Shown here: piece by piece, positions 1-9,364 of the stretch
Numbering within the stretch: the first letter of the stretch is position 1
How the letters are laid out: every line of letters starts with the position of its first letter
Source of the DNA: a virus
Taxonomy: Duplodnaviria; Heunggongvirae; Uroviricota; Caudoviricetes
Virus record (IMG/VR): IMGVR_UViG_3300044728_000133
Reading direction: 5' to 3' (one strand)
Length of the DNA stretch: 14,599 nucleotides
Notes under the pieces: model-generated
Told to the model about the DNA's origin: nothing
Database searches by the model: none
The model's input: the letters and a program-made list of their open reading frames with translations, nothing else
Translations under genes and position numbers: made by a program

Positions 1-634
1 ACTCCGTCCTGGCCGCGTTCGTGAGGTTCCCGAAGCGGACGAGGATCATCCGCGTGCGCTTGGCGGTCGAGGCGATAAGCTGCGAGTACGCGCCCTTTGT
101 GTTGGCCGCAGCGCCCGGGTCGACCTGAGTGCCGCCCGAGTCGGCCGTGTTAGCGCCCCACGTCTCGCACGTCCGCATGATCGGCGAGAAGATAGGCACG
201 TTGAGCGGGTATATGCACCAGGTGGCGTTGATGAGGTTGACGTTCGCCTGTTCGCGTAACGCGACGCGCGTGCCTTTTGGGATGAAGATCGGGACGTGGA
301 ACGCCTCCCAGTGGTAGGTGTTCGATCCGGTCACCGACTGGTAGAGGTTCGCCACGAGGACCTGCTCCGAGCCTGCCGCGCCGACGCCGATGTCGATCAG
401 GAAGTCACGGTCGTTGACCTCAAAGTTGTCGGGAATGATGTGCAGGCCGTAGTAGTGCTCAGTGGTCGCCGCGATGAACTCCGTCCACGCGCCCTTCGTG
501 TTCGTGCCGGTGTCGGCGATGTCTGTCTGATAGCGAGCGGGCGCATGCGCGCCTGGGTCGGCTCCAGGCAACTCCAGTCGCCGCCCACGCAGAACATCCG
601 AGAGCTGCCCACCGACTCGGTGCAGCGTCGTCAT
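1..634 (-). CDS. Putative tail-tip/receptor-binding protein, paralog of 631..1512 (3' end beyond window; not in ORF track)
   Basis: ATG at 634 overlaps the upstream TGA (ATGA) and the frame is open to base 1. Manual translation: MTTLHRVGGQLSDVLRGRRLELPGA...TNTKGAWTEFIAA...FLIDIGVGAAGSEQVLVANL...VPIFIPKGTRVALR...RTCETWGANTADSGGTQVDPGAAANTKGAYSQLIASTAKRTR. This is colinear with the 293-aa neighbour. Confidence 0.9.
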   Translation of the reverse strand, partial: MTTLHRVGGQLSDVLRGRRLELPGADPGAHAPARYQTDIADTGTNTKGAWTEFIAATTEHYYGLHIIPDNFEVNDRDFLIDIGVGAAGSEQVLVANLYQSVTGSNTYHWEAFHVPIFIPKGTRVALREQANVNLINATWCIYPLNVPIFSPIMRTCETWGANTADSGGTQVDPGAAANTKGAYSQLIASTAKRTRMILVRFGNLTNAARTE

Positions 635-1512
635 GGTGCGAACCCGTAGAGGGCTGCATCGAACAGGCGGTCGGTCGCGTCGTTGATGTCGCACTGTGCA
701 CGAATCGCTACCCGCGACCCCGCCGGGATGTCGACTGGCAGCAGGTTGTTGATCAGCGACGAGCCGATGAAGTCCGAGTTGGCGGAGGCGTCGAGCCTCA
801 AGTCCGACCAGACGACGACCTCAGACCCCGCGCCGCCCACGCCGATGTCGATGAACCAGGCGCAGAACGTCCGCGCGGTGTTGTTCTGATTGCCGAGCCA
901 GAGGTTGAGGAGTCTGATGCGACGAGACGTTGAGGCGATCATCTGCGTCCACGCACCCTTCGTGTTGATCGTCCCGCCGGGGTCGATGCTCGTGCCACCC
1001 GAGTCACCCGTGGCCGCGCCCATCGTCTCGCACGTCCGGTAGATGCGAGGGAAGGGGTTGACCTTGAGGTAGGTGAGCCATACCTCCTGCGTATTGGAGG
1101 CAGCCGAGGACTGAAGACGAGCCGCGACGCGGGTGTCCCGCCTGATGTAGATCGGAAACAGACCGTGGGGGCCGTGACGGATGTTCGACTTGGGGGATGA
1201 GGCGAGGAGGTTGGAGAGCACGACGACCTCTGATCCACCTGCTCCGATGGCGACGTCCACGAGCGAGTCGCGGGCGAAGTTGGAGTTAGGCACGGAGACA
1301 TAGATGCCGTAGCAGTCATCAGCCAGCGCCGCCGTGATCTCGACGTAGCTGCCCTTCGTGTTAGTCGAGCCGGAAGCCGTCGCCGTGTTCATGGCCATCG
1401 CCAGCTGCGGATTCGATGGCGCTCCAGCGCCCCACAGTTCGTGCGCCTGCCCTCCGAGAACGGCCGTCAGCTGCCCTCCGACGAAGTACGGCCGGTCCTG
1501 CGGCTTGAGCAT
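631..1512 (-). CDS. Putative tail-tip/receptor-binding protein with two tandem homologous beta-rich domains (293 aa)
   Basis: TAATG coupling to the upstream gene. Internal repeat: NTKG(S/A)(Y/W)..., D(V/I)(A/G)(I/V)G(A/G)(G/A)GSEVVV, then P(I/V)xIxxx(T/S)RVAxR, occurring twice. It lies after the fibre genes. The RBP function is inferred from position only. Confidence 0.75.
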   Translation of the reverse strand: MLKPQDRPYFVGGQLTAVLGGQAHELWGAGAPSNPQLAMAMNTATASGSTNTKGSYVEITAALADDCYGIYVSVPNSNFARDSLVDVAIGAGGSEVVVLSNLLASSPKSNIRHGPHGLFPIYIRRDTRVAARLQSSAASNTQEVWLTYLKVNPFPRIYRTCETMGAATGDSGGTSIDPGGTINTKGAWTQMIASTSRRIRLLNLWLGNQNNTARTFCAWFIDIGVGGAGSEVVVWSDLRLDASANSDFIGSSLINNLLPVDIPAGSRVAIRAQCDINDATDRLFDAALYGFAP

Positions 1513-1877
1513 TACGGCACGTCGATCCGAGTAACGTGTCCGAACACGACGATCTTGTTCGCCACCTCAGCAGACGCGACGACGACGAGCGCGTTGCGAA
1601 GAGGGAGGTCAGCGACGACGAGGGTGAGGCCAGAGAGCGGCGGGATGTCGACGCGGATCGTGTCATCTATGTCTGTCGTGCCGCCCCAACCAAGCTCGAT
1701 GTAGCGCGTCACCGTGTCATCGTTGTAGGCATAGAGGGTGATGAAATCGGTGTCGTCCGTGCCCGAGACGGCGGTGTGAATCGTCGTGTCGGAGCCGTCG
1801 ACCGGAGCCACGGTGGTCACCTTGATCCCGCGCCCGTTGGTGGATCCAGAGAGCGTGCGCTTGCTCATCGTGTTCAT
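1512..1877 (-). CDS. Small virion structural/fibre-associated protein (121 aa)
   Basis: GAGGTG RBS lies 7 nt before the ATG. The LSGSTNGRGIKV...IHTAVSGT...LYAYN...GGTTDIDD...SGLTLVV pattern is one I recall from uncharacterised proteins next to fibre genes in environmental phages (recollection, unverified). An alternative start is the ATG at 1868. Confidence 0.7.
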   Translation of the reverse strand: MNTMSKRTLSGSTNGRGIKVTTVAPVDGSDTTIHTAVSGTDDTDFITLYAYNDDTVTRYIELGWGGTTDIDDTIRVDIPPLSGLTLVVADLPLRNALVVVASAEVANKIVVFGHVTRIDVP

Positions 1878-1889
1878 CGCGTAGTCACC

Positions 1890-3719
1890 TCAGACTGAAA
1901 GCAGGTTGACGTGCAGGACAAGGTTCTCGTCGTCGACATCCGTGCCGCCGCCGCCGCCGAACGGAAGCTCGAGGCTCCGCTGGATCTGAATCCACCCGGC
2001 GATGGTCGTGTCGGCGATGAAGATTGGCTTTGAGATGTCGCCGTCGGCGGTGGGCTCGGTAACAGTCATCGCGCCGGCGCTCGACTCGCTGAGCCAGTAT
2101 TGCTCACCCGCCGTCAGCCCTGAGAGCACGGTGGTGTATCCGCCCCCCTGGAGGGTGAAGTTGTCAGTGTCCGGCACATCCACCACCAAACCGACGACCT
2201 CGGCGTTCCCCAGTGAGTCTGCCTGCGCCTTTGCGTAGCCAGAGCCTGTATCGCGCAGCCAGTCACCGACGACGAAGCCGTGGCTGGCGATGTTGACGTT
2301 GAGCGTCCAGGCGACGTCGCCCGAGATGCCGTCCGCGCCAGCGTCGCCCGTCTGAGAGAAGTGCAGGAAGAGACCATCACCGTTCGAGAACGGGCTGGCG
2401 TCGGAGGACGCGACGACGTCGGCCACGAGCTTGCGGTATCCGGCGACGGTCGTGACGTCCGTGAGCCGGAAGAGGATCCACTTCGTCAGATCACTCGCCT
2501 TGACCAGGCGGACGTAGCCCTTGTATGGATTCGAGCTTGCGTCGAAAGAGTCGAGCGCGAGAGTCCAGTCCTCTCCCAGGTTGTCGAGCAAATCGACGAA
2601 GATCTGGGTGGCGATGTTCTGGGTGGCGGCGTTGAGCCGCACCGTCCCGGAGCCAGGGTCTGAGTCCGTCGTGGTGGTCGAGAACGTGTAACCGATCGCC
2701 ACAGCGCCTGAGTGTGGCCCGGTCGCTCCAGTCGCTCCGGTAGCGCCACCGGGGCTGCCTGTTGCTCCCACCGGGCCCGTTGCTCCGGTGGCACCGCCCG
2801 GGCTGCCTGTTGATCCCTGGTTCCCAGTCGCTCCAGTGGCACCGACGCCCGTCGCTCCGGTTGCCCCTCCGACCCCAGTGGATCCGGTAGCCCCGACGGC
2901 CCCTGTGGCTCCCGTCGTGCCTGCACCGGTTGCGCCGGTAGCACCTGCGGTACCCGCTGTCCCGGTCGCCCCGGTGTTACCGGTCGCGCCCGCTGGTGAA
3001 CCTGTCGCGCCCTGCGTGCCCGTAGCGCCTGTAGCACCTGCCCCGGTCGCACCAGTAGGCCCAGTCGGCCCGAGCGGCCCTGTGGCTCCTGTGGTACCCG
3101 CACCGGTTGCTCCAGTCGCTCCTGCCGTGCCCTGCGCGCCCTGGGTGCCCGTAGCTCCGGTAGCCCCTGCTGGTGACCCTGTCGCGCCCTGTGGCCCGGT
3201 CGCTCCCTGCTGGCCAGTGACGACAACCGAACCGAGCGGCGATGGCGTGCACACGATGATGACGCCGAGACCCAGCGCACCGGAACTGACCGTGTCCACG
3301 TCGATGTGCAGGTGATCGCCCCAGGAGAGAGAGATCGTGCCGCCGGAGGTGATGACTGGCTGGACGGCTGCGTCCTTCGAGTTGCACTCGCCCGAGTCAA
3401 TCGTGATCGGAGTCGAGAAGATGTCGGTCCCGACTTCACAGGGAGCGCTGTGACGGATATTGACGGTCGTTCCCCCTGCGCCTCCCGCCGTTGAGACGTA
3501 TGCCTCGGCCTTGATCAGCTCGGAGTTGTCGAGATCCTCGGGGATCTCCATGACGAAGGCGTCGTCCCCGATGATGACGTCCTCGTCATCGGCGAAGACC
3601 TTGATCTCGTAGACCGCTACACCTCGAGGGACTCCTGGGCGTCGTGCGAGCTGGCGAGTGCGGAAATCTGCCGCTGCTGCCTGACGTGCCTCAGTCGGCT
3701 CCTGAACTGGAGCGGTCAC
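1890..3719 (-). CDS. Collagen-like tail fibre/minor tail protein (609 aa)
   Basis: GTG start overlaps the upstream TAG. About 167 aa of Gly-X-Y repeats (mostly GAT) are flanked by globular beta-rich domains. It directly follows the Tal/hub gene. Confidence 0.85.
   Translation of the reverse strand: MTAPVQEPTEARQAAAADFRTRQLARRPGVPRGVAVYEIKVFADDEDVIIGDDAFVMEIPEDLDNSELIKAEAYVSTAGGAGGTTVNIRHSAPCEVGTDIFSTPITIDSGECNSKDAAVQPVITSGGTISLSWGDHLHIDVDTVSSGALGLGVIIVCTPSPLGSVVVTGQQGATGPQGATGSPAGATGATGTQGAQGTAGATGATGAGTTGATGPLGPTGPTGATGAGATGATGTQGATGSPAGATGNTGATGTAGTAGATGATGAGTTGATGAVGATGSTGVGGATGATGVGATGATGNQGSTGSPGGATGATGPVGATGSPGGATGATGATGPHSGAVAIGYTFSTTTTDSDPGSGTVRLNAATQNIATQIFVDLLDNLGEDWTLALDSFDASSNPYKGYVRLVKASDLTKWILFRLTDVTTVAGYRKLVADVVASSDASPFSNGDGLFLHFSQTGDAGADGISGDVAWTLNVNIASHGFVVGDWLRDTGSGYAKAQADSLGNAEVVGLVVDVPDTDNFTLQGGGYTTVLSGLTAGEQYWLSESSAGAMTVTEPTADGDISKPIFIADTTIAGWIQIQRSLELPFGGGGGTDVDDENLVLHVNLLSV
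2715..3215 (-). repeat. Gly-X-Y collagen-like repeat region, Thr-rich, with interruptions (GSPAG, GAGTT, GVGG, GSPGG)
   Basis: Directly visible in translation and DNA. It contains a 114-nt diverged duplication (3078..3191 vs 2901..3014, offset 177 nt) and two [11 protein letters not shown] units. Confidence 0.95.
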
Positions 3720-5035
3720 TAGCTAATCTCCGCATCCGAGCTTGTCTGGATCTCAGAAAGCGTCAGGACTGAAGGCGTGGCGTCCCAGCTGATCGTGTAC
3801 TCGTGCACACGCTGCGCACCCGAGAAGCCTCCGCGCACATCGGAGACGGCCTCCACGTGGACCAGATCGCCGATTCCAAAACAGCCGATCTCGGAGTCTG
3901 CAGTGGGCGTGATGTGAATGATGTCGCGGGGCTGCGCAGCCAGCCAGGAGTACATCTGCCAGTAACGACGGTAGAGATCTCGACCGACCGTTCCGAAGCC
4001 GGGGATGCAGTCGTCGTCGTAGGCATCCATAATGTCGACCCGCATGCGAACGTCATAGGCCAGGCGAGAGGCGTAGATTCGATTCCCGAGTGGGTTGTTC
4101 GGGTCAGCGGCGGTGTACTGGGTGTTGTCGGTGTTTACGGAACGCCCGCCAGGTGGATACACAAGCCCGGTGTCGAAACCCTGCACGTTGAAGCACCAGT
4201 GCTGATCTCCAGCAGGGTCAGCTGCCGATTCGATACGAGGCCCACCATAGAGCCAGTACTTGTTGATCATGGCCGTCATGTCACGGTTCCAGCGCACCGC
4301 GTCGGTGTTGAAGAGCCCCGTCCCGTACTGGAAGAGGACGGAGCCGGAGAGGTCGGTGCCGAAATTGCCGTTGTAACCGTCGATCGTCCCCGTGATACCC
4401 CCGCCGGGATCGGTGTAGGTGATGACGGCATCGACGGTGCCTGTTGAGACGAGAAGCGACCAGAACTCGGCAATGGTCATCGGCCAGTCAACGGGAGCGC
4501 CATACATGGGTGTGCCTCCTCCGGCAAATGAACCGAAGGTGAGGCCGGTAGGGCCCTCTGCGTCTGTGGGCGCAGCAAGCGCCGGATTACCCTGAGCGGT
4601 GCTGCTTCCCTCCGTATTCTTGAGCATGGCCTCGAGGATCAGTGCGCCACTGACATAGTCGGCAATGATGTCGGCGTCTCCTACCGCGACTCCGCCTGCT
4701 GCCTTGGAGAAGTCTCCGTCGTCGGCACGCACCACTCGGTACTGCCAAAGCTCCATGGCATCCTGAGCGTTGAAGACGGTCGTACCCCCGTCCTTGGCGG
4801 TATCTGTCTCCGTGTTCAGGATCCTGCCGTGAAAGACGATCTCTTCGGTGTTCCCATCGTCGAGCGTGATCTTCATCAGGTCGCCGCAGTCGGCCGTCGA
4901 GGCGTCCATCCACACCTTGACCGTCGCCTGCGCCGGGCGATTCAGCCGCGGCGTCCAGCCGCCCTCCATCGAGGCGTCCGTTACCTCGACGCCGCCCAGG
5001 TAGACGTGCGCTGTTTGCCCCGAACCACAGGGCAT
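3719..5035 (-). CDS. Tail-tip hub / Tal-like minor tail protein (438 aa)
   Basis: Second gene after the tape measure, with TGATG coupling. The N-terminus (W[12 protein letters not shown]...VFHGRI...F-x-AQD) and C-terminus (FGIGDLVHV...[13 protein letters not shown]) resemble siphovirus hub proteins. Confidence 0.75.
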   Translation of the reverse strand: MPCGSGQTAHVYLGGVEVTDASMEGGWTPRLNRPAQATVKVWMDASTADCGDLMKITLDDGNTEEIVFHGRILNTETDTAKDGGTTVFNAQDAMELWQYRVVRADDGDFSKAAGGVAVGDADIIADYVSGALILEAMLKNTEGSSTAQGNPALAAPTDAEGPTGLTFGSFAGGGTPMYGAPVDWPMTIAEFWSLLVSTGTVDAVITYTDPGGGITGTIDGYNGNFGTDLSGSVLFQYGTGLFNTDAVRWNRDMTAMINKYWLYGGPRIESAADPAGDQHWCFNVQGFDTGLVYPPGGRSVNTDNTQYTAADPNNPLGNRIYASRLAYDVRMRVDIMDAYDDDCIPGFGTVGRDLYRRYWQMYSWLAAQPRDIIHITPTADSEIGCFGIGDLVHVEAVSDVRGGFSGAQRVHEYTISWDATPSVLTLSEIQTSSDAEIS

Positions 5036-5505
5036 CAGGTGACTTCCAAAAACCCGAAGCTGAAAGAGCGCAGCATGAAGTCATCCGTCGGCTGGACGTC
5101 AGCAGCGACCTCGTACTGGATAGTGAACGTCTCGCTTGTGCCGTTGCGCTTGGTGTAGGCAAGCGTGCCGTAAGGCGTGCGGATCATCGGATTGAGCACT
5201 GCATCGATCAGTTCCTCCATGTCATCGAGGATCTCCTGGCAGCTGCCAGAACCGAAGGGAACTGACTGCACGATCAGCGATCCCTCGAAGACCGGATGCC
5301 GTGGGCCAAACCAGTTCTTGTGCGCTACACCACCGTCGTTGAACGCCTTGTCTTCTCCGGTGGCTCGAATCGGCCCTCGATCGAGCCCGTGGATAGCGGC
5401 CACCCAATAGAGGTCGTCAAATGACCCATGGCCGAGGGTGCCGTCATTGAGGGCGAGTGATCCGCCTGAGGAAGTGATCGTGTACGTACACGACAAATCA
5501 GCCAA
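5035..5505 (-). CDS. Distal tail protein (Dit)-like minor tail protein (156 aa)
   Basis: First gene after the tape measure. The start is reassigned from the track's 5796 to TTG at 5505 (MADLSCTYTIT...), which has a GGAGG RBS upstream and overlaps the TMP stop by 8 nt. The track's N-terminal 97 codons lie inside the TMP gene. Confidence 0.75.
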   Translation of the reverse strand: MADLSCTYTITSSGGSLALNDGTLGHGSFDDLYWVAAIHGLDRGPIRATGEDKAFNDGGVAHKNWFGPRHPVFEGSLIVQSVPFGSGSCQEILDDMEELIDAVLNPMIRTPYGTLAYTKRNGTSETFTIQYEVAADVQPTDDFMLRSFSFGFLEVT

Positions 5506-8500
5506 CGCCGTGGCCTCCCCGGCCGCCGTAATCGAGCGCCGCTGTACCCTGTCTGCGCTGGCGGTGCGCCTCGGGATGCTCATTGCCGCGGTTGCCATGC
5601 TTGAGCAGGGTCTTGATCTCGCGCAAGAGCTGAATCTGGATGTTCCCCTGGGTGCTGGTAACGCCGCGGATTTTGTCCACAGCGGCCTGTCCGGTCGGGC
5701 GAGGAGACGGCTGATTCTTGATCGCTGATGTCGCAGATGGCGTGAAGACACTGCTGGGCGAGCTGCTCCCACCCACGAGGCCACCTGTCGCCCCACCGGG
5801 GATCAGGTTCCCGAGCAAACTGAAGGTGAAGCCCTGGACGTTCTGCAGGAACGCGAACTGCTGCTTCTGAAGCGACTCCAGTGACTTCTTCTTCTCTGCG
5901 GTGACGGCCTTGATGGCCGCGTTCTGCTCGGCGATCTCGTTGCGCAGTTCCTTCAGGTGGTTCTTCTGCTCCCTGGTGAGATGCTTCTGTTTCTTGATGA
6001 GGTAGATCTCCTTCTGGATGTTGGCGATCACCTTCTTGCGGGCGTTGATCTCGGCCTTCTTGTTTCCCGTCGTCACGAAGAAATCGACGTCGAGCTCGAG
6101 CCCCGTACGGATCTGCTCGTTGATGGTCGCGGCCTGTTCCTTGCGAAGAGCCTTGATGTCCTGGGTCAACCCGAACAGGACCTGGACAAGCTCGGCAATC
6201 GCCGCCTTCCTCAGCTTGAGCGTCTTCACCTGCTCGGCGATTCTCCGGATCTGGAGAATCACGAGCTTCTTCAGGAAGATCGTGGTCTTGATGTCATCAG
6301 CAAGCCCCGCAGTACCCGCCGCGATCGTGATCTTGTTCTGAGCCTTCGTTCGGTTGAGGTCGAAGCCAGCGAGGATGGCGTCGTCGATTCTCTCGCGAGC
6401 GTCTGCGGCATCCTTCGCGGCACCCTCTATGTCTCTCGCAGCGGATTCGCTATCGATCTTCTGCTGCTCGAGGATCGTCGCGATAGCCTCGTCCGCCTGC
6501 TCGAAATCAGCCGCTGCCTTTGCAACCTGAGCATTTCTCTGAGCATTCGTCAGATTCGGGTTGACCCTGGCCTGCGCTTCTCGCTTGGCCGCATCCGCAC
6601 GCTGCTTCTTAAGAATGGCGATGACCTGAGCATCAGATCCGTGGGCCTCGGCCACGGCAAGTTGGGTCGAGAGCGTTGAGACGAACTTTTCACCGAGGTC
6701 AAGCTTTGCGATGGCCTTCTCCGCGCCCTGGCTCAGCGCATCGATCATCGCCTCGCCAAGGAAATTAAAATCGGGGAGGACCGATTCAAAACCAGAAAGA
6801 ACGCCGAGCCCTCCCTTTTTCCCCTCCCCCTTAGCCTGGTTCGGATCGATCCTCGCCTTGATCTCCGCGATCGAGGGAACGATCCCCGTCTTCGTGATCT
6901 CCTTGACCAACTCCCTGATCGAACGCGCCACCTTCTGCGCCTCTGAATCTCCCTTCGCCAGCTTGTCCGCCATCTTGTCGAGCTGAACGAGAACTAGGTT
7001 TAGGTTGCTTTCTCCGGCAGTACTGCGGGGTCCCTGGCCAATCGACCTGAAGAGAAGCTCGACCTGAATGCGTGCCTTGAGGGCCGCTTCGCCGACCTTC
7101 TCTGTGTCCTTGGTAAGACCAGTTGCTCGGCCCAGACGACCACCACTTAGCGCGTTGGCTGTACGCGCTGCTCCTGCAATGGCCTTCCTTGGACGACGCG
7201 TGGGATCGATCGAGTTCTTGATCTGCTCTATCCCGATCTTCTTGAGGCCACCAAGGACCTTGTCCAGGAACGGAACCGAATTCGCAGCCTCCTTGCCGAT
7301 ATGGGCCAGACCACCACCGATCTTCTCGGTAACGATAATGACGTCATTGATGCCGGAGACCAACTCATTGATGGTGTCCACGAACAAGCTAAGTGGCCCA
7401 AGGGTCAGTGACCCGAGAAGCGTTCCGAGCGTCTCTAGGTTGGAGGTAAGGGCGGAGATCTTCCCCGAGAGACCGCTGGCCTGCGCCCCGGCGAGTTCGG
7501 CGGCAGAGCCATTGCGCGCTAGCGCTGTCCTCGTAGCGTCCAGCCCCGAGATTCCCTGGCGCCCGATCAGCGCCTGCGCTCGGATTGCGTCTGTCCCGAA
7601 GACGACGGCCGCAGCGCGGTCATGCTCCGCACGCGTGAGACGGCTTGTGGCTTGCTCGAACTCAGCGAAGACCTCTGGCCGGATGTTGCCTGCCGTGTCC
7701 CGGAGATCGATGTTCAGCTGCTTCAAAACGGAGCTAGCGCGCTTGGTCGGGTTGATCAGCTTGATGAAGGCCGTGCGCAAAGAGGTACCCGCGTCCGAGC
7801 CCTTCAGCCCAGCACGAGACAGGAGCGTCAGCAGTGCAACCGTATCGTCGAGGTTCACGCCGACGAGAGAGGCCGCAGCCGCCGACTGCTGCAAGGAAAT
7901 ACCCATGTCGGTGATCTCAGCCTGTGACTCATTGGCAGCGTTCGTGAGGAGATCGGCTACGTGCACTGCGTCCGTACCCCTCAGTGCAAATGCGTTGATC
8001 GCGCTGGCTACAAGAGTTCCTGCTTCAGCGAAATCGATCTCTGCGGCAGTAGCCAGCTGCAAGGTGCCTTTGGCGCCGTCGATGGCGTCCTGGACAGACA
8101 GCCCCGCCTTCACGAGCAGGAGCATGGACTTGGCTGCGTCTCCCGCCGAGACGCCTGGAAGCTTCACGTCACGACCGAGCTCGAGAGACGCCACCCTGAC
8201 CTGCTCCATCTCTTCTGCGGTGGCGCGGGAGACGACACGCAGGATGTTCAGCTGCTTCTGCAGATCAGCGGCGCTCGAAATTGCCTTCGCTGTGATCGCA
8301 ACCGCCGCTGCTCCAGCGAGGAACTCTCCGCCTGCGGCCAGGGTTGCTCCACGTGCCCCGACGGCCGCCAGCGCGGTGGCGATACCGCCGCGCCCGGCTG
8401 TTTTAGCCTTGCTTCGAAGTGCTGAGGTTTTTGCGAGCTGTTCCCGCTGGGCAACGATGTCGCCCTGGCGAGCAGTGATGTTTTCCAGCAGGGCTGCGGT

Positions 8501-9364
8501 GTCTGCCTGGATGGCGATGTTCTCGAGATCGATCGCCTTCTTGTTGACTGCGTGCAGGTCAGCCTCGACGGCCAGCAGATCGTTGTTCAGCTTGGCCAGC
8601 TGCGAGCGGGACGTGATCGCCTTGACGTTTTGCCCGAGCGCAGCATTGGCCGTCTTTTGAGCATCCGCAAACGCGCTGGTCAGTGCTGTCTGCTTCGACG
8701 CGTTTGAGATGATGCCCTTCTCGGTATTAAGCCTCGCGCCGAGGGACACCAGACCCTTTTGACGAAGAGCAAGTTCTTCTGCGAGTGCGGTGTTCCCAGC
8801 CGCTCTCGCTGCAGCCTCTCCCTTGATAGCAGCCGTAAGTCCCCGATCGATCTGCTGCATCCCAGCCTTTGCCTGCTTCAACTGGAACTCAGCGCCGAGA
8901 TTCTTCTTCAGGGCAACACTGAGTCTCCCCTCAGCAGCCGAGCGTCGATCAGTGAGATCAGCGAGGAGCGCCTCCTCTCGAGCGAGCGCCTTGTCTGCCT
9001 GCGTCTTCTGCTGCGTCCCAGCCGTACTGGCAGCGATGCCTTTCTCACTGACCCCAGCACGTCCGATCCTCGTGCCCGCCTCGACGGGGATACGGACAAT
9101 GACGCCCTTCGCAGCCTGGTCTACCTGCGTCTTCAGCGCTGCCCGGAACTTCCCGATCTCCACATTGGGCTTGACCGGGATGAGGATCGGCGTCTTACGA
9201 GCTTCGGCTTGGAGCGCTTTTCTGAAGGGAGTGATCTTGGCCTTGATGGGAACAGTGATGCCGCCACTGAGGGACTTCTCGATCTGTTTCCGCAGGTTGG
9301 CTCGGAAGCCCTTCTCCAGTTCGGACTGGATCCGGACAAAAGCGGTTGCTACGAAATCAGCCAA
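5498..9364 (-). CDS. Phage tail tape measure protein, TP901-family core (1288 aa)
   Basis: Longest ORF, Ala/Lys/Leu-rich and helical. Core at about 7430..8280: ATAEEMEQVR...LG...SAGDAAKSMLLLVKAGLS...GTLQLATA...VADLLTNAAN...AGLKGSDAGTSLR. It follows the chaperone genes and has a TTG start. Confidence 0.97.
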   Translation of the reverse strand: MADFVATAFVRIQSELEKGFRANLRKQIEKSLSGGITVPIKAKITPFRKALQAEARKTPILIPVKPNVEIGKFRAALKTQVDQAAKGVIVRIPVEAGTRIGRAGVSEKGIAASTAGTQQKTQADKALAREEALLADLTDRRSAAEGRLSVALKKNLGAEFQLKQAKAGMQQIDRGLTAAIKGEAAARAAGNTALAEELALRQKGLVSLGARLNTEKGIISNASKQTALTSAFADAQKTANAALGQNVKAITSRSQLAKLNNDLLAVEADLHAVNKKAIDLENIAIQADTAALLENITARQGDIVAQREQLAKTSALRSKAKTAGRGGIATALAAVGARGATLAAGGEFLAGAAAVAITAKAISSAADLQKQLNILRVVSRATAEEMEQVRVASLELGRDVKLPGVSAGDAAKSMLLLVKAGLSVQDAIDGAKGTLQLATAAEIDFAEAGTLVASAINAFALRGTDAVHVADLLTNAANESQAEITDMGISLQQSAAAASLVGVNLDDTVALLTLLSRAGLKGSDAGTSLRTAFIKLINPTKRASSVLKQLNIDLRDTAGNIRPEVFAEFEQATSRLTRAEHDRAAAVVFGTDAIRAQALIGRQGISGLDATRTALARNGSAAELAGAQASGLSGKISALTSNLETLGTLLGSLTLGPLSLFVDTINELVSGINDVIIVTEKIGGGLAHIGKEAANSVPFLDKVLGGLKKIGIEQIKNSIDPTRRPRKAIAGAARTANALSGGRLGRATGLTKDTEKVGEAALKARIQVELLFRSIGQGPRSTAGESNLNLVLVQLDKMADKLAKGDSEAQKVARSIRELVKEITKTGIVPSIAEIKARIDPNQAKGEGKKGGLGVLSGFESVLPDFNFLGEAMIDALSQGAEKAIAKLDLGEKFVSTLSTQLAVAEAHGSDAQVIAILKKQRADAAKREAQARVNPNLTNAQRNAQVAKAAADFEQADEAIATILEQQKIDSESAARDIEGAAKDAADARERIDDAILAGFDLNRTKAQNKITIAAGTAGLADDIKTTIFLKKLVILQIRRIAEQVKTLKLRKAAIAELVQVLFGLTQDIKALRKEQAATINEQIRTGLELDVDFFVTTGNKKAEINARKKVIANIQKEIYLIKKQKHLTREQKNHLKELRNEIAEQNAAIKAVTAEKKKSLESLQKQQFAFLQNVQGFTFSLLGNLIPGGATGGLVGGSSSPSSVFTPSATSAIKNQPSPRPTGQAAVDKIRGVTSTQGNIQIQLLREIKTLLKHGNRGNEHPEAHRQRRQGTAALDYGGRGGHGVG

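Noticed and set aside
1-1512. Diversity-generating retroelement (TR/VR) as the explanation for the paralogous pair
   Set aside because: Similarity is at the protein level with broad divergence. I saw no near-identical repeat differing only at adenines, and there is no reverse transcriptase in the window.
2715-3215. CRISPR-like or non-coding repeat array
   Set aside because: The repeats have 9-nt coding periodicity with third-position variation and no spacer structure.
2788-3315. 175-aa plus-strand Pro/Val/Ala repeat ORF (PVAPVAP...)
   Set aside because: It is the antisense shadow of the GAT collagen codons, with no RBS, and lies opposite a well-supported gene.
5506-5796. N-terminal 97 codons of the track's 253-aa ORF (5035..5796)
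   Set aside because: They overlap the TMP C-terminus and read as noise. TTG 5505 with a GGAGG RBS is the better start.
7068-8660. 530-aa plus-strand ORF
   Set aside because: It lies wholly antisense to the tape measure core. The Ser/Ala/Arg-rich composition is typical of stop-poor shadow frames in high-GC DNA.
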